This document shows positions 19,149 to 28,363 of a DNA stretch of 43,779 nucleotides, piece by piece (positions within the stretch are counted from its first letter, which is position 1; each line of letters begins with the position of its first letter). A model generated the notes under the pieces. That model did no database searches and was not told the origin of the DNA. It was given only the letters and a program-made list of their open reading frames with translations. The position numbers were made by a program, and so were the translations under genes. Source of the stretch: Candidatus Lindowbacteria bacterium RIFCSPLOWO2_12_FULL_62_27 (GTDB lineage: Bacteria > Lindowbacteria > 2-12-FULL-62-27). The stretch is from positions 1 to 43,779 of the forward strand of contig MFPR01000031.1 of the NCBI GenBank assembly GCA_001784175.1, read 5' to 3'.

Positions 19149-20249
19149 TCAGAACTCAAAAACCGTATTGTCATCCTTGTCCTTGCTGGAGACTTGAGGG
19201 TCCGGATGCCACGCGTGTTCGCCCTTGTCGTTTTCGACCACGAACTTGTACGCATGCGCGCCGGGCGTCAGCGCGACGATTTTTTTCCAGATTCCGTCTT
19301 CCCCGCGTTCCATTTCGAACGAGGGGTCCGTCACGCGGCCGTTGTCGTTATTGGCGAAGTTGTTGAAATCGCCCGCGAGATACACCTTCTGCGCGTCTTT
19401 CGATTCGAACGTGAACAGGTATCCACCCTCGACCGGTCGCGGTGCGGACGCGGCAACCGCCGGACGACGATCGCGCAACGTCGCCATCGTGTTGTCGTCC
19501 TTGTCCCGGCCGGACACATGCAGATCGGGATGCCACGAACACTCCCCTTCGGCATTCGCCGCCACAAATTTATAATGGACCTCGCCGGGATTCAGCGGCA
19601 ATACCTTCCGCCACACGCCGTCACCGCCGCGCTCCATCTCGCAGGCCGGGTCGCTTACCCGGCCGTTGTCGTTGTTGGCCCAGTTGTTGAAGTCGCCGGC
19701 CAGATACACCTTGTGCGCATCCGCGGACTCGAACGTGAAAAGAAATCCTCCCGCCACGGCCTTCGGCGCGCCCGGCCCGGTGTCGTTGTCCTCGGGAGAG
19801 GGGAGAGGCGCGGCGCCGGCGGCGCGGACCGAAGCCAAATCGAGCACGGTGTTGTCGTCCTTGTCGCGCTCCGTGACGAACGGGTCCGGTTGCCAGGCGC
19901 ACTCCCCTTGGTCGTTCGCCACGACGTATTTGTAACGGACCGCACCGGGCTCGAGGCTCAGGATTTTGGTCCAGACGCCGTTTTCCTGCCGCGTCATTTC
20001 AAAGGCCGGATCATTCACCCGGCCGTTGTCGTTGTCGGCGAAGTTGTTGAAATCGCCCGCGAGATAGACCTTGTGCGCGTCTTTCGATTCGAAGGTAAAG
20101 AGGTATCCCCCCTCGACTGCAACGGGCGCCGCGGCGGTGTAGATGACCGGGGCGGCCGTCTCCTGCGCGGCGGCCGGGTCAGCGCCTCCGGCGCCCCAAG
20201 TGCCGGCGAGCGCCAGGAGGGTGAAGAGCATTAGATGACGAGTTTTCAT
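19149..20249 (-). CDS. Exported protein with three tandem CBM48 (AMPK-beta-like glycogen-binding) domains and no catalytic domain
   Basis: Three copies of GG(Y/F)LFTFES.DA.KVYLAGDFNN(F/W)A.NDNGRV.DP..EM.R...G.W...L.L.PG...YK(Y/F)V...W.PD....DKDDNT. Signal peptide and SD GAGGTG upstream. Confidence 0.9.
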   Translation of the reverse strand: MKTRHLMLFTLLALAGTWGAGGADPAAAQETAAPVIYTAAAPVAVEGGYLFTFESKDAHKVYLAGDFNNFADNDNGRVNDPAFEMTRQENGVWTKILSLEPGAVRYKYVVANDQGECAWQPDPFVTERDKDDNTVLDLASVRAAGAAPLPSPEDNDTGPGAPKAVAGGFLFTFESADAHKVYLAGDFNNWANNDNGRVSDPACEMERGGDGVWRKVLPLNPGEVHYKFVAANAEGECSWHPDLHVSGRDKDDNTMATLRDRRPAVAASAPRPVEGGYLFTFESKDAQKVYLAGDFNNFANNDNGRVTDPSFEMERGEDGIWKKIVALTPGAHAYKFVVENDKGEHAWHPDPQVSSKDKDDNTVFEF

Positions 20250-20429
20250 GAAGGATCACCTCGCTTTGTATTTAACTCCGGTCAAACCTTAGTTCGGCAT
20301 CAGGCGTTTGGCAAGGCGTCCAGATTCGTGTTACTCGTACCGGATCAAGACGACTCCGAACACAGTAAGGTTCGGTATCCTCGCGTGAACCTGGCCGGCA
20401 CTTGGGGCGCCGGAGGCGCTGACCCGGCC
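20172..20429. repeat. Perfect 36-bp inverted repeat pair (20172-20207 and 20394-20429), both copies inside coding sequences
   Basis: ggccgggtcagcgcctccggcgccccaagtgccggc and its exact reverse complement, separated by 186 nt. Confidence 0.9.
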
Positions 20430-22289
20430 CGCGCTGAGTGTCCAATCCACCGGGCGGGGAATCAGGAATTCATCCGAGTCCGGGGAGGCATAATATATAT
20501 GGAGAGGCCGCTTGCCGGCGGGCATTGGAACGACGAGTTCCGTGTCGGTCAGCGGGTCGGGCGGCGCAATGGGGCGGCACCAATCGCGGTTGCCGCCGGT
20601 GCGGAGGATCTGGACGGCCATCCAGCCTTCGTCCGAATCGAAGGACCGGACGACACAGCCGGGCAACCGGACATCTGTCTCGAGATTCCGCACGTTGGAC
20701 CCGTGCGTGATCCGGTACAGGAGGGCGTCGAGAAAATTGTAATTCCGCAGGATGTCAAAATTCTCATTCGACATGGCGACGTTGTCCGGATAGTAAAGGC
20801 TGTTCAGCGCGTGCATTTCGCCCCGCCGCTCGGCCGGCTCGCCTGCGACCATCACGGACCCGCCGCCGGTGAGGGCGGCGGCGAGGACATACCGCAGATT
20901 TTCCGCCGGCCAGGATTTTCGCGCCGGTTTCATGTCAGCCGGATAGACTTTGAGGATCACACGCTGGTTGTTTGGCCGCCGGTGCCGGAAGCAGATGTCG
21001 ACCAGATCCTCCAGGCGGCTCTTGTGCGACGCCCAATTTTCGATGAACAGAAAATCGACGGCGCCGTACATCGATTCGATGCCGTATTCGTCCACGCAGT
21101 TGAACGATACCGCCGCCGGGTCCTTCATCCCGTGCGTCATGACCCGGACATCGGTCACGAGTTCCATGATGACGTCGGAAAGCAGCCGGCCGCTATGACG
21201 GCTTCCCCGGCTGTAGTACCGGTCGTTCCGGTCATGTCCGTAGGAGTCGATTTCGAATCCGTCGAAAGAGAATATGTCGGCGGGGCTGTCGTCCAGAGCG
21301 CGGCGGAATTCGTCCATGATGTACGCGCGCCATTTCGAGTCCCGGTCGATGGCCATCAGATGAAACCAGACGGGCTTGCCCCGCCGCTTCGCTTCCGATT
21401 CGGTCATCACCGATCCGTTGAAAATCCTCGGCGTGCCGGCCGCGTCCGTCATCGGATACGGGTATCGCTCATAGACGCTGCGGGACGCCGCGTAGGCCGC
21501 GACGTAGGCGATCGAAAGGATCCCGCGACGCCGGGCCGATTCGATCTTGCGGCGGACATCGTCCCCGAGGATCCGGATGCCGAACGGCTCGTACGTATAG
21601 ACGGCGGCGGTGGGCGCATACCGGCCGTGCGCGGGGAAGTAGTCGTAGTATTCGATCGCGTTGATGTGGAGACGCGCGAAGAGGCCGGCTTTTCGGTCAT
21701 AGTCGGCGCCCGGTTTGTCCCAGTTGGCGTAAAATCCATAACGGAGATCGTCCGAGATGTTGCGCGCGACCGTCAGGACCTCGCGGGCGGCATCGGTCAC
21801 GGCGCCGTTTTCCTCGAGGGTTGCTTCGATCAGGTACCCGCCCTCCCGCAGGTCCGGTGTCGGCACGGGAACGTGGGCCGTCTCGGGCAGGTTCGCCATC
21901 TGCTGCGAAAAAACGATCTCGCCGTCAAAGCGCTTGAGCCGAACACTGAGCGATGGATCCGACGGGGACGAGTCGAAGAATTGAAACGCAACCGCGACGC
22001 TTGCCGTTTCCCCCGGCCGGACCCAGACGCGGTCCGCCGTCAGGCTCTGTATCCGGACGGTCGCGCCCGCATCTCCGCACATGCACACGATCAGGGCGCA
22101 CATGAGCAATACACTGAAATGGATCGATAAACAGGGGAACCCATTGGCCACGAACGGCCACGAACGATCACGAACAGACACGAAAAAAATATTCTTCCCA
22201 TATGAAGTTCGTGTTCGTTCGTGTTCCAAGTTCGTGTCCGTTCGTGTCCGATGTTTATCGCCGCGATTTACCGAGAGCCTACCATACAC
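20331..22289 (-). CDS. Glycoside hydrolase family 66 (dextranase / cycloisomaltooligosaccharide glucanotransferase-like), exported; start uncertain
   Basis: LRYGFYANW, HINAIEYYD, FDGFEIDSYG (candidate nucleophile Asp), FNCV and FLFIENW (candidate acid/base Glu). Hydrophobic stretch ending AGA. The first ~45 codons are repeat-derived. Confidence 0.8.
   Translation of the reverse strand: MYGRLSVNRGDKHRTRTDTNLEHERTRTSYGKNIFFVSVRDRSWPFVANGFPCLSIHFSVLLMCALIVCMCGDAGATVRIQSLTADRVWVRPGETASVAVAFQFFDSSPSDPSLSVRLKRFDGEIVFSQQMANLPETAHVPVPTPDLREGGYLIEATLEENGAVTDAAREVLTVARNISDDLRYGFYANWDKPGADYDRKAGLFARLHINAIEYYDYFPAHGRYAPTAAVYTYEPFGIRILGDDVRRKIESARRRGILSIAYVAAYAASRSVYERYPYPMTDAAGTPRIFNGSVMTESEAKRRGKPVWFHLMAIDRDSKWRAYIMDEFRRALDDSPADIFSFDGFEIDSYGHDRNDRYYSRGSRHSGRLLSDVIMELVTDVRVMTHGMKDPAAVSFNCVDEYGIESMYGAVDFLFIENWASHKSRLEDLVDICFRHRRPNNQRVILKVYPADMKPARKSWPAENLRYVLAAALTGGGSVMVAGEPAERRGEMHALNSLYYPDNVAMSNENFDILRNYNFLDALLYRITHGSNVRNLETDVRLPGCVVRSFDSDEGWMAVQILRTGGNRDWCRPIAPPDPLTDTELVVPMPAGKRPLHIYYASPDSDEFLIPRPVDWTLSAGRVSASGAPSAGQVHARIPNLTVFGVVLIRYE
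22147..22250. repeat. Second CACGAA/TTCGTG palindromic element
   Basis: gccacgaacggccacgaacgatcacgaacagacacgaa ... ttcgtgttcgttcgtgttccaagttcgtgtccgttcgtgtcc, with four units per arm. Confidence 0.8.
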
Positions 22290-22301
22290 TTAATTTATCG
22301 T

Positions 22302-22329
22302 TTGACATTTGAGGAATATGGATTAACCT
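22302..22329 (+). promoter_or_regulatory. Candidate sigma70 promoter for the ABC transporter operon
   Basis: TTGACA-N16-TAACCT in the divergent intergenic region. Confidence 0.45.
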
Positions 22330-22383
22330 GTATCATATTCGTCGACCAATACAACGGCACGCGCAAAGGGGGCGGCATATTTC

Positions 22384-23373
22384 ATGAAACGGATGGCGAT
22401 CTGGCTGTGTTTGATCGGCCTTGCAGTCCAGGGCTGCGGGAAGGCGGCGGAGGTGCACAAGGTCAAAATCGGATTTATTCTGGCGACCGAGCAGGAAGAG
22501 CGGTACCAGAGGGACAAGCACAGTTTCCTGGAGACGGCGGCGAGGATGGGCGCCGAGGTTTTGTTTTTGAGCTGCGACAATGACGAGAACAAGCAGGCGC
22601 TCAATGTCGAGACGCTGATCTCCCGCGGCGTGAAGGTTCTCGTCATCCAGCCGGTCAACAGCGACAACGCGGCGGTGTTTGTCGACAAGGCGCATGAGAA
22701 AGGCATCGTGGTGATCGCCTACGACCGGATGATCAACCACCCGGCCCTGGACTTCTACGCGGGCCAGGACTCGTTCGAGGTCGGCCGCGTGCAGGTCAAG
22801 GCCGCGCTGGAGTGGCTGAAGCAAAAGGGACTGAAGGGCAGGGCCATCCTTTGCAGCGGCCAGCAGGGCCACAGCGTGGCGGAGGCGATCACGAAGGCCA
22901 ACCGGGAGGAACTGCAGAAAGCCGGTGTGGCGGTGGCCGTTCAGCAGTACCACGACGCGTGGGGGACGGAGCAGGCGCTGAGCACGGTCGAAAACGCGCT
23001 GGTGACGTATCCCGACGCGCGCATCGTTCTCTGCAACAACAGCGGCATGGCGCGCGGCGCAGTCCAGGCGGTGGAGAAGGCCGGCAAGTCCGGGCAGATT
23101 TTCATCAGCGGGGCGGACGCGGACAAGGCCAACGTCGAGTACATCCTCGAAGGCAAACAGCAGCAGGACGTGTACAAGGACGAAATCTCTCTCGCGCGCG
23201 GCGCGGCGGACCTCGCGGCGAAAGTCGCGGCAGGGCAGGCGCCGCCGAATCTTGCGGCCACCGACTACAAGGACGCCAAAGGCGTCAAAACCATTCTCAC
23301 GCCGGTGCAGGCGATCGACGCATCGAACTACAAGGCGGTCGTCGTCGACGCAGGGCCGAAATATCAGATGTAA
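22384..23373 (+). CDS. Monosaccharide ABC transporter substrate-binding lipoprotein (XylF/ChvE-like)
   Basis: Lipobox LAVQGC; ERYQRD, VIAYDRMI, ISGADAD and DVYKD motifs. Confidence 0.88.
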   Translation: MKRMAIWLCLIGLAVQGCGKAAEVHKVKIGFILATEQEERYQRDKHSFLETAARMGAEVLFLSCDNDENKQALNVETLISRGVKVLVIQPVNSDNAAVFVDKAHEKGIVVIAYDRMINHPALDFYAGQDSFEVGRVQVKAALEWLKQKGLKGRAILCSGQQGHSVAEAITKANREELQKAGVAVAVQQYHDAWGTEQALSTVENALVTYPDARIVLCNNSGMARGAVQAVEKAGKSGQIFISGADADKANVEYILEGKQQQDVYKDEISLARGAADLAAKVAAGQAPPNLAATDYKDAKGVKTILTPVQAIDASNYKAVVVDAGPKYQM

Positions 23374-23393
23374 ACGGCCTCTTCCGACACCCC

Positions 23394-24905
23394 ATGCTTG
23401 AGATGCGGAACATCAGCAAGGAGTTTCCGGGCGTCCGGGCGCTGTCCGAGGTCAGCCTGACGATCAGGCCCGGGGAGATTCTGGGGCTGTGCGGAGAAAA
23501 CGGCGCGGGAAAATCCACCCTGATGAAAATTCTGAGCGGCGTCATTCCCTATCCGGAGTATGACGGGCAGATTTTGATGGACGGCCGCGAGACGCGGTTT
23601 CGGGCGCCGGCGGAGGCTGAGGCGCGGGGGGTCGCGATCATTCACCAGGAATTGAATCTGTTTCCGGAGCTGGCCGTTTCCGAGAATCTCTTTCTTGGCG
23701 CCGAACGAACACAGTGGGGCGTGATCGACTGGTACGAGAGCAAGGCGGCGGCCAAGGCGCTCCTGGACCGGTACCGGGTCGCAGTCGATCCGGACGCGAA
23801 AGTCAAGGACCTGAGCATCGGGAAGAACCAGCTTGTCGAGATCGCGCGGGCGCTGTCCAAGAACGCGCGATACCTGATCCTCGACGAGCCGACCTCGGCG
23901 CTGACCGAGGAGGAAGTCGAGAACCTGTTCCGCATCCTGCGCGATCTTCGGGCCGGAGGGATGGCCGGCGTTTACATTTCGCACAAGCTGGATGAAATCA
24001 AAAAAATCTGCGACTCGATCGCGGTCCTCCGGGACGGCCGGCGCATCGGCGAGGTGTCGCCGACGGCCGGGCTGAACCGGAACGACATCGTGAAGGCGAT
24101 GGTGGGGCGGGACATCGAGAATTTGTATCCGCGCGTGGAGTCCAGTCCCGGGGAAGTTCTGCTGGACGTCCGGGATTTTTCCGTGGACCATCCGCTTCTC
24201 CCGGGCGAAAAAATCGTCGAGGATGTTTCCTTCCGCGTGCGCGAGGGCGAGATCCTCGGCGTGTACGGCCTCATGGGCAGCGGCCGGACGGAACTCTTGA
24301 CTGGGATTTTCGGGGGATTCGGTCCGGAGGACTATTCGGGGGAAGTTGTGATCCGCGGTCAAGCAGCGTCGATCCGTTCGCCGCACGACGCGATCACGGG
24401 CGGGCTGGGGCTGTGCACGGAGGACCGCAAGGTTCTCGGCCTGTTTCTCGAAGCCGCCGTGCAATTCAACATGTCCATCGTCGCGCTGGACCGTTTCGTC
24501 GAGGGCGGTGTGGTGGACGGCGTCCGGGAGATCGGTGAGATCCGGACGTTCATCCGGGACCTCGAGATCAAGACGCCGTCGGAGTTTCAAACCGCCAGGG
24601 CGCTGAGCGGCGGCACGCAGCAGAAGGTACTGCTCGCGCGGTGGCTCATGCGCGACCCCGCCGTGCTTTTTCTCGACGAGCCGACCCGCGGCGTGGATGT
24701 GGGCGCCAAGACCGAGATTTACCGGATCATGAACCGGATGAAGGAATCCCGCAAAGGCATCGTGATGGTGACGTCGGATCTGTCGGAACTCCTCGGCATG
24801 AGCGACCGCGTCCTGGTCATGCGGGAAGGCCGGTCGGTCGGGGCGTTTGAGCGGAGCGAGGCGACGGCCGAGAAGATCGGCGCGCTGGCGACAGGGAACG
24901 TCTGA
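23394..24905 (+). CDS. Sugar ABC transporter ATPase with two NBDs (XylG/GguA-like)
   Basis: MLEMRNISKEFPGVRAL, GENGAGKST, LDEPT, LSGGTQQKV and DEPTRGVDVGAK. True start about ATG 23394. Confidence 0.92.
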   Translation: MLEMRNISKEFPGVRALSEVSLTIRPGEILGLCGENGAGKSTLMKILSGVIPYPEYDGQILMDGRETRFRAPAEAEARGVAIIHQELNLFPELAVSENLFLGAERTQWGVIDWYESKAAAKALLDRYRVAVDPDAKVKDLSIGKNQLVEIARALSKNARYLILDEPTSALTEEEVENLFRILRDLRAGGMAGVYISHKLDEIKKICDSIAVLRDGRRIGEVSPTAGLNRNDIVKAMVGRDIENLYPRVESSPGEVLLDVRDFSVDHPLLPGEKIVEDVSFRVREGEILGVYGLMGSGRTELLTGIFGGFGPEDYSGEVVIRGQAASIRSPHDAITGGLGLCTEDRKVLGLFLEAAVQFNMSIVALDRFVEGGVVDGVREIGEIRTFIRDLEIKTPSEFQTARALSGGTQQKVLLARWLMRDPAVLFLDEPTRGVDVGAKTEIYRIMNRMKESRKGIVMVTSDLSELLGMSDRVLVMREGRSVGAFERSEATAEKIGALATGNV

Positions 24906-24909
24906 CGCG

Positions 24910-26106
24910 ATGATCCGGAAATACGGCATCTTTTTTTCCCTGATCCTCGTCTTTGTCGCCATGGCCGGCGTGACGTACCTCAAGAACGGCGACTGGAGCT
25001 TTCTCTCGCCTGAAAATCTGTCCAACCTCTCCCAGCAGATCACACAGACCGGGATCCTTGCGATCGGGATGACACTCGTCATCCTCATCGGCGGAATCGA
25101 TTTGTCAGTCGGCAGCATCGTCGCCGTCGCGGGGATCATGCTGGCGTTTACGGCGGAGCAGTTTGAATCCGCCGGCGCGGCGGCGCCGTATTTCGCGATG
25201 CTTTGCGCGATCCTGGCCGGGATGGCGCTCGGCGCGATCAACGGGGGGCTGATTGCCGGCTTGGGGATGATCCCGTTCGTCGTGACGCTGGGCATGCTCA
25301 CCATCGCGCGCGGCATTGCCTACCTCATTACGGGATCGCAGTCGATCCGAACCAAGGATCCACTCTTCAAAACCATCGGCGTCGATTCGATCGACAAGGT
25401 CCTCTACCGATGGATCGGCGGCGCTCCGGAGGCGGGCGCGGCGCAGTTTCCGTGGTTCACGGTCGCGCTGGCGGTTCTGGCGTTTGGCGCGTGGCTCGCG
25501 TTTCATCTGGCGTCGATCCGCAAGTCCCGGCGGCACGGGTTGCCGGTGGAGGGCGGGCGGGAGACGGCGTTCCTCATCGCCCTGGTGTTCGCCGCCTTCT
25601 TCTTCTGCGGCTGGGTCTTCGCGGCGCATCAGGGCCTGCCGGTCATGGTGCTGATCCTGACGGTCCTTGCGATGGTGGCGTCGTTTGTTCTGAACCGCAC
25701 GCCCTTCGGCCGGCACCTCTATGCGATCGGGGGAAACAGGGAAGCGGCGCGGCTGTCGGGCATCCGCGTTCAGCGATGCACGTTCCTGGTGTTCACGCTG
25801 ATGGGATTCCTCTGCGCGATCTCGGGCATCGTGTCGACCTGCCGGGCGCAGGGCGCGGCGCCGGCGACGCAGGGCGTGCTGGCGGAACTCGAAGCGATCG
25901 CGGCGGCGGTGGTGGGCGGCACGAGCCTGATGGGCGGCGTCGGCACGATCGGCGGCACGCTCATCGGCGCGCTGATCATCGGGGTCGTGGTAAACGGCAT
26001 GAGCATCATGGCCCTGCCGAACCCGGTTCAGTTGGTGTTCAAAGGACTCATCATCGTTGTGGCGGTGTGGATCGACATCAAGACCAAGAACAGGAAATCG
26101 AAGTGA
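24910..26106 (+). CDS. Sugar ABC transporter permease (XylH/GguB-like)
   Basis: GGIDLSVGS, IPFVVTLG, GRHLYAIGGNREAARLSGI and ELEAIAAAVVGGTSLMGG; many transmembrane segments. Confidence 0.92.
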   Translation: MIRKYGIFFSLILVFVAMAGVTYLKNGDWSFLSPENLSNLSQQITQTGILAIGMTLVILIGGIDLSVGSIVAVAGIMLAFTAEQFESAGAAAPYFAMLCAILAGMALGAINGGLIAGLGMIPFVVTLGMLTIARGIAYLITGSQSIRTKDPLFKTIGVDSIDKVLYRWIGGAPEAGAAQFPWFTVALAVLAFGAWLAFHLASIRKSRRHGLPVEGGRETAFLIALVFAAFFFCGWVFAAHQGLPVMVLILTVLAMVASFVLNRTPFGRHLYAIGGNREAARLSGIRVQRCTFLVFTLMGFLCAISGIVSTCRAQGAAPATQGVLAELEAIAAAVVGGTSLMGGVGTIGGTLIGALIIGVVVNGMSIMALPNPVQLVFKGLIIVVAVWIDIKTKNRKSK

Positions 26107-26175
26107 CCTCCCTGCGGGAAATCAAAAAAACGGCCTCTTGCGCTTCGCTCGCATTCGTGGTCTGCTTCCTCCATA

Positions 26176-27162
26176 ATGAAAGTCATTGATCTTGATCCGA
26201 GCGGAAGGATGCCTCCCGATTTTATAAACCGCCTGCTGGCCGGAATCGCAGCTCTGATCGTCCTGTTCGGGCTTTCAACCACGGTTTACACCGTTGACAC
26301 GGAAGAAATCGCCGTGGTGACGCGGTTTGGCCGGGTCGTGCGCGAGGAGCCGCCGGGACTCAGGTTCAAAATGCCGGCCGGGATCGAGCGCGTCTACAAG
26401 GTCAAGACCGAACGGGTTCTGAAGGAAGAATTCGGGTTCCGGACGGAGGCGCCCGGCATCCGGACGGTGTACGCCTCGCGCGATCTTTCGGCCGAATCCC
26501 TCATGTTGACCGGCGACCTCAACGTCGCGGTCGTCGAGTGGATCGTCCAGTATCGCGTGATCGACCCCAAAGCCTATATCTTCCGCGTGCGCGATCCGGA
26601 ACGGACGCTTCGGGACGTCTGCGAGGCCATGATGCGGCTGGTCGTCGGAGATCACAGCGTCGACGAGGTGCTGACGGTCGGCCGGGAGGAAATCGAGATG
26701 GACGTCCAAAAACGCCTCGATGAGCGGATGCAGCATTACGGCACCGGCATCCGGATCGTTACCGTGAAACTTCAGAACGTAACGCCGCCTGAGGAAGTTC
26801 GCCCGTCGTTTGATGAGGTGAACAAGGCCAAGCAGGATTCGGAACGCATGGTGAACGAAGCCTGGCAGGTCTACAACGCCAGCGTACCCCAGGCGCAGGG
26901 CGAAAAGGAAAAGGCGGTTTCCGAAGCGCGCGGCTACGAATCTGAGAGGCTCAACATCGCCAAGGGCGACGTGAACCGGTTTGACGCGATTTTGAAGGAA
27001 TACCGCAAGGCGCCGGAAGTCACCCGCAAACGGCTCTACCTCGAAGCGATGGCCGAGATTTACGGGAAGACCAAAGAGAAATATATCCTGGACGAATCCG
27101 CGCGGTCGGTTTTGCCGTTTTTGCAGCTCGGATCCCCCCAGGCCGCGGGAGAGAAAAAATGA
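26176..27162 (+). CDS. hflK: FtsH modulator HflK (SPFH domain)
   Basis: N-terminal TM segment; VVTRFG, MLTGDLN, VQYRVIDP, PPEEVRPSFDEV and KAPEVTRKRLYLE motifs. Confidence 0.9.
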   Translation: MKVIDLDPSGRMPPDFINRLLAGIAALIVLFGLSTTVYTVDTEEIAVVTRFGRVVREEPPGLRFKMPAGIERVYKVKTERVLKEEFGFRTEAPGIRTVYASRDLSAESLMLTGDLNVAVVEWIVQYRVIDPKAYIFRVRDPERTLRDVCEAMMRLVVGDHSVDEVLTVGREEIEMDVQKRLDERMQHYGTGIRIVTVKLQNVTPPEEVRPSFDEVNKAKQDSERMVNEAWQVYNASVPQAQGEKEKAVSEARGYESERLNIAKGDVNRFDAILKEYRKAPEVTRKRLYLEAMAEIYGKTKEKYILDESARSVLPFLQLGSPQAAGEKK

Positions 27163-28085
27163 AAATCGCCGGATCGTTCCTCGCCGCGGGCCTCCTCGTC
27201 GTCGCTGTCTTTCTCTTCGCCTCGGCCTTTGTCGTCACCGAAGGCGAGACGGCCATCGTGACGCAGTTCGGCGAATTCGTCCGGACCGTCAACCAGGCCG
27301 GGCTTTACTGGAAAACCCCGTTCGTTCAGACCGTGCGGTATTTCGACCGCAGGATTTTGGAATGGGACGGAGACGCCAACCAGATGCCGACCAAGGACAA
27401 AAAATTCATCTGGGTCGACGTCACCGCGCGCTGGCGGATTACCGACGCCTTGATCTTTTACCAGCGCCTGAAAAATGAGTCTTACGCCCAGTCGCGCATC
27501 GATGACATCCTCGACAACGCCACGCGCGATGTCATCACCAACCTCGACCAGTTCGAAACCATCCGCATGTCCAACCGCCCCATGCGGTTTTTGGACGAGG
27601 CCATTTTGCCCGACGAAGCCAAACAGCCCATCTCGGTCGGCCGGGACCAGGCGACCCGCCACATCCTCGACCGCGCGCGGGAGGGCGTCAAGGATTTCGG
27701 GATCGAGATCATCGACATCCAGATCAAACGCATCAACTACAACCAGGACGTCCAGGCCTCCGTCTACCAGCGCATGATCTCCGAACGCACCCGCATCGCC
27801 AAACGGACAAGGTCGGAAGGCGAAGGCGAGCGGCAGAAGATTCTGGGAAAGATGGAACAGGAACTCCGGCGCATCCGGTCCGAAGGATACCGGGAAGCGA
27901 CCGAAATCAGGGGCCGGGCCGACGCGGGCGCCACGCACATCTACGCCGAAAGCTACAGCCAGGACCCGGCTTTCTACGGATTCCTTCGCACTCTCGAAAC
28001 CTACCGCGCCACCATGGACGCCAACACCACGCTTCTCCTCTCTACCGACAACGAGTACTTGCAGTTTCTTAAAGGCAGAAAATAA
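27159..28085 (+). CDS. hflC: FtsH modulator HflC (SPFH domain)
   Basis: AIVTQFG, TKDKKFIWVD, VYQRMISER and FYGFLRTLETY motifs; ATGA overlap with hflK. Confidence 0.92.
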   Translation: MKIAGSFLAAGLLVVAVFLFASAFVVTEGETAIVTQFGEFVRTVNQAGLYWKTPFVQTVRYFDRRILEWDGDANQMPTKDKKFIWVDVTARWRITDALIFYQRLKNESYAQSRIDDILDNATRDVITNLDQFETIRMSNRPMRFLDEAILPDEAKQPISVGRDQATRHILDRAREGVKDFGIEIIDIQIKRINYNQDVQASVYQRMISERTRIAKRTRSEGEGERQKILGKMEQELRRIRSEGYREATEIRGRADAGATHIYAESYSQDPAFYGFLRTLETYRATMDANTTLLLSTDNEYLQFLKGRK

Positions 28086-28363
28086 CCATCTCATCGGCAT
28101 GAGAAGACCCGAGATCCCGGTGGCGATCCGGCGTGCTCCGGGTTTCTTGCTTTTGATCATCGGCATCCTCATCCGCCAAGCCATGGCCCAGTACGTCAAA
28201 GCCAACAGCCCTCTTAGCCGTCCCGACCCAAGATGGAGGTGAATAAGCATGGCGTCACACTTGGTTTTGCAGTTTTCGGCGACCCAATTGGTCCGATTAC
28301 TGCAAAAGTGCAAGTGTACCCCGGATTCGCGGATTCGCCACATCCGCGCCGGGTGGACTTGGG

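Noticed and set aside
19149-20130. Three ~330-370-bp DNA direct repeats
   Set aside because: Fully explained by the tandem CBM48 protein domains.
22812-23393. N-terminal extension of the ABC ATPase ORF
   Set aside because: Overlaps the binding-protein gene in another frame; ATPase homology starts at MLEMRNI (23394).
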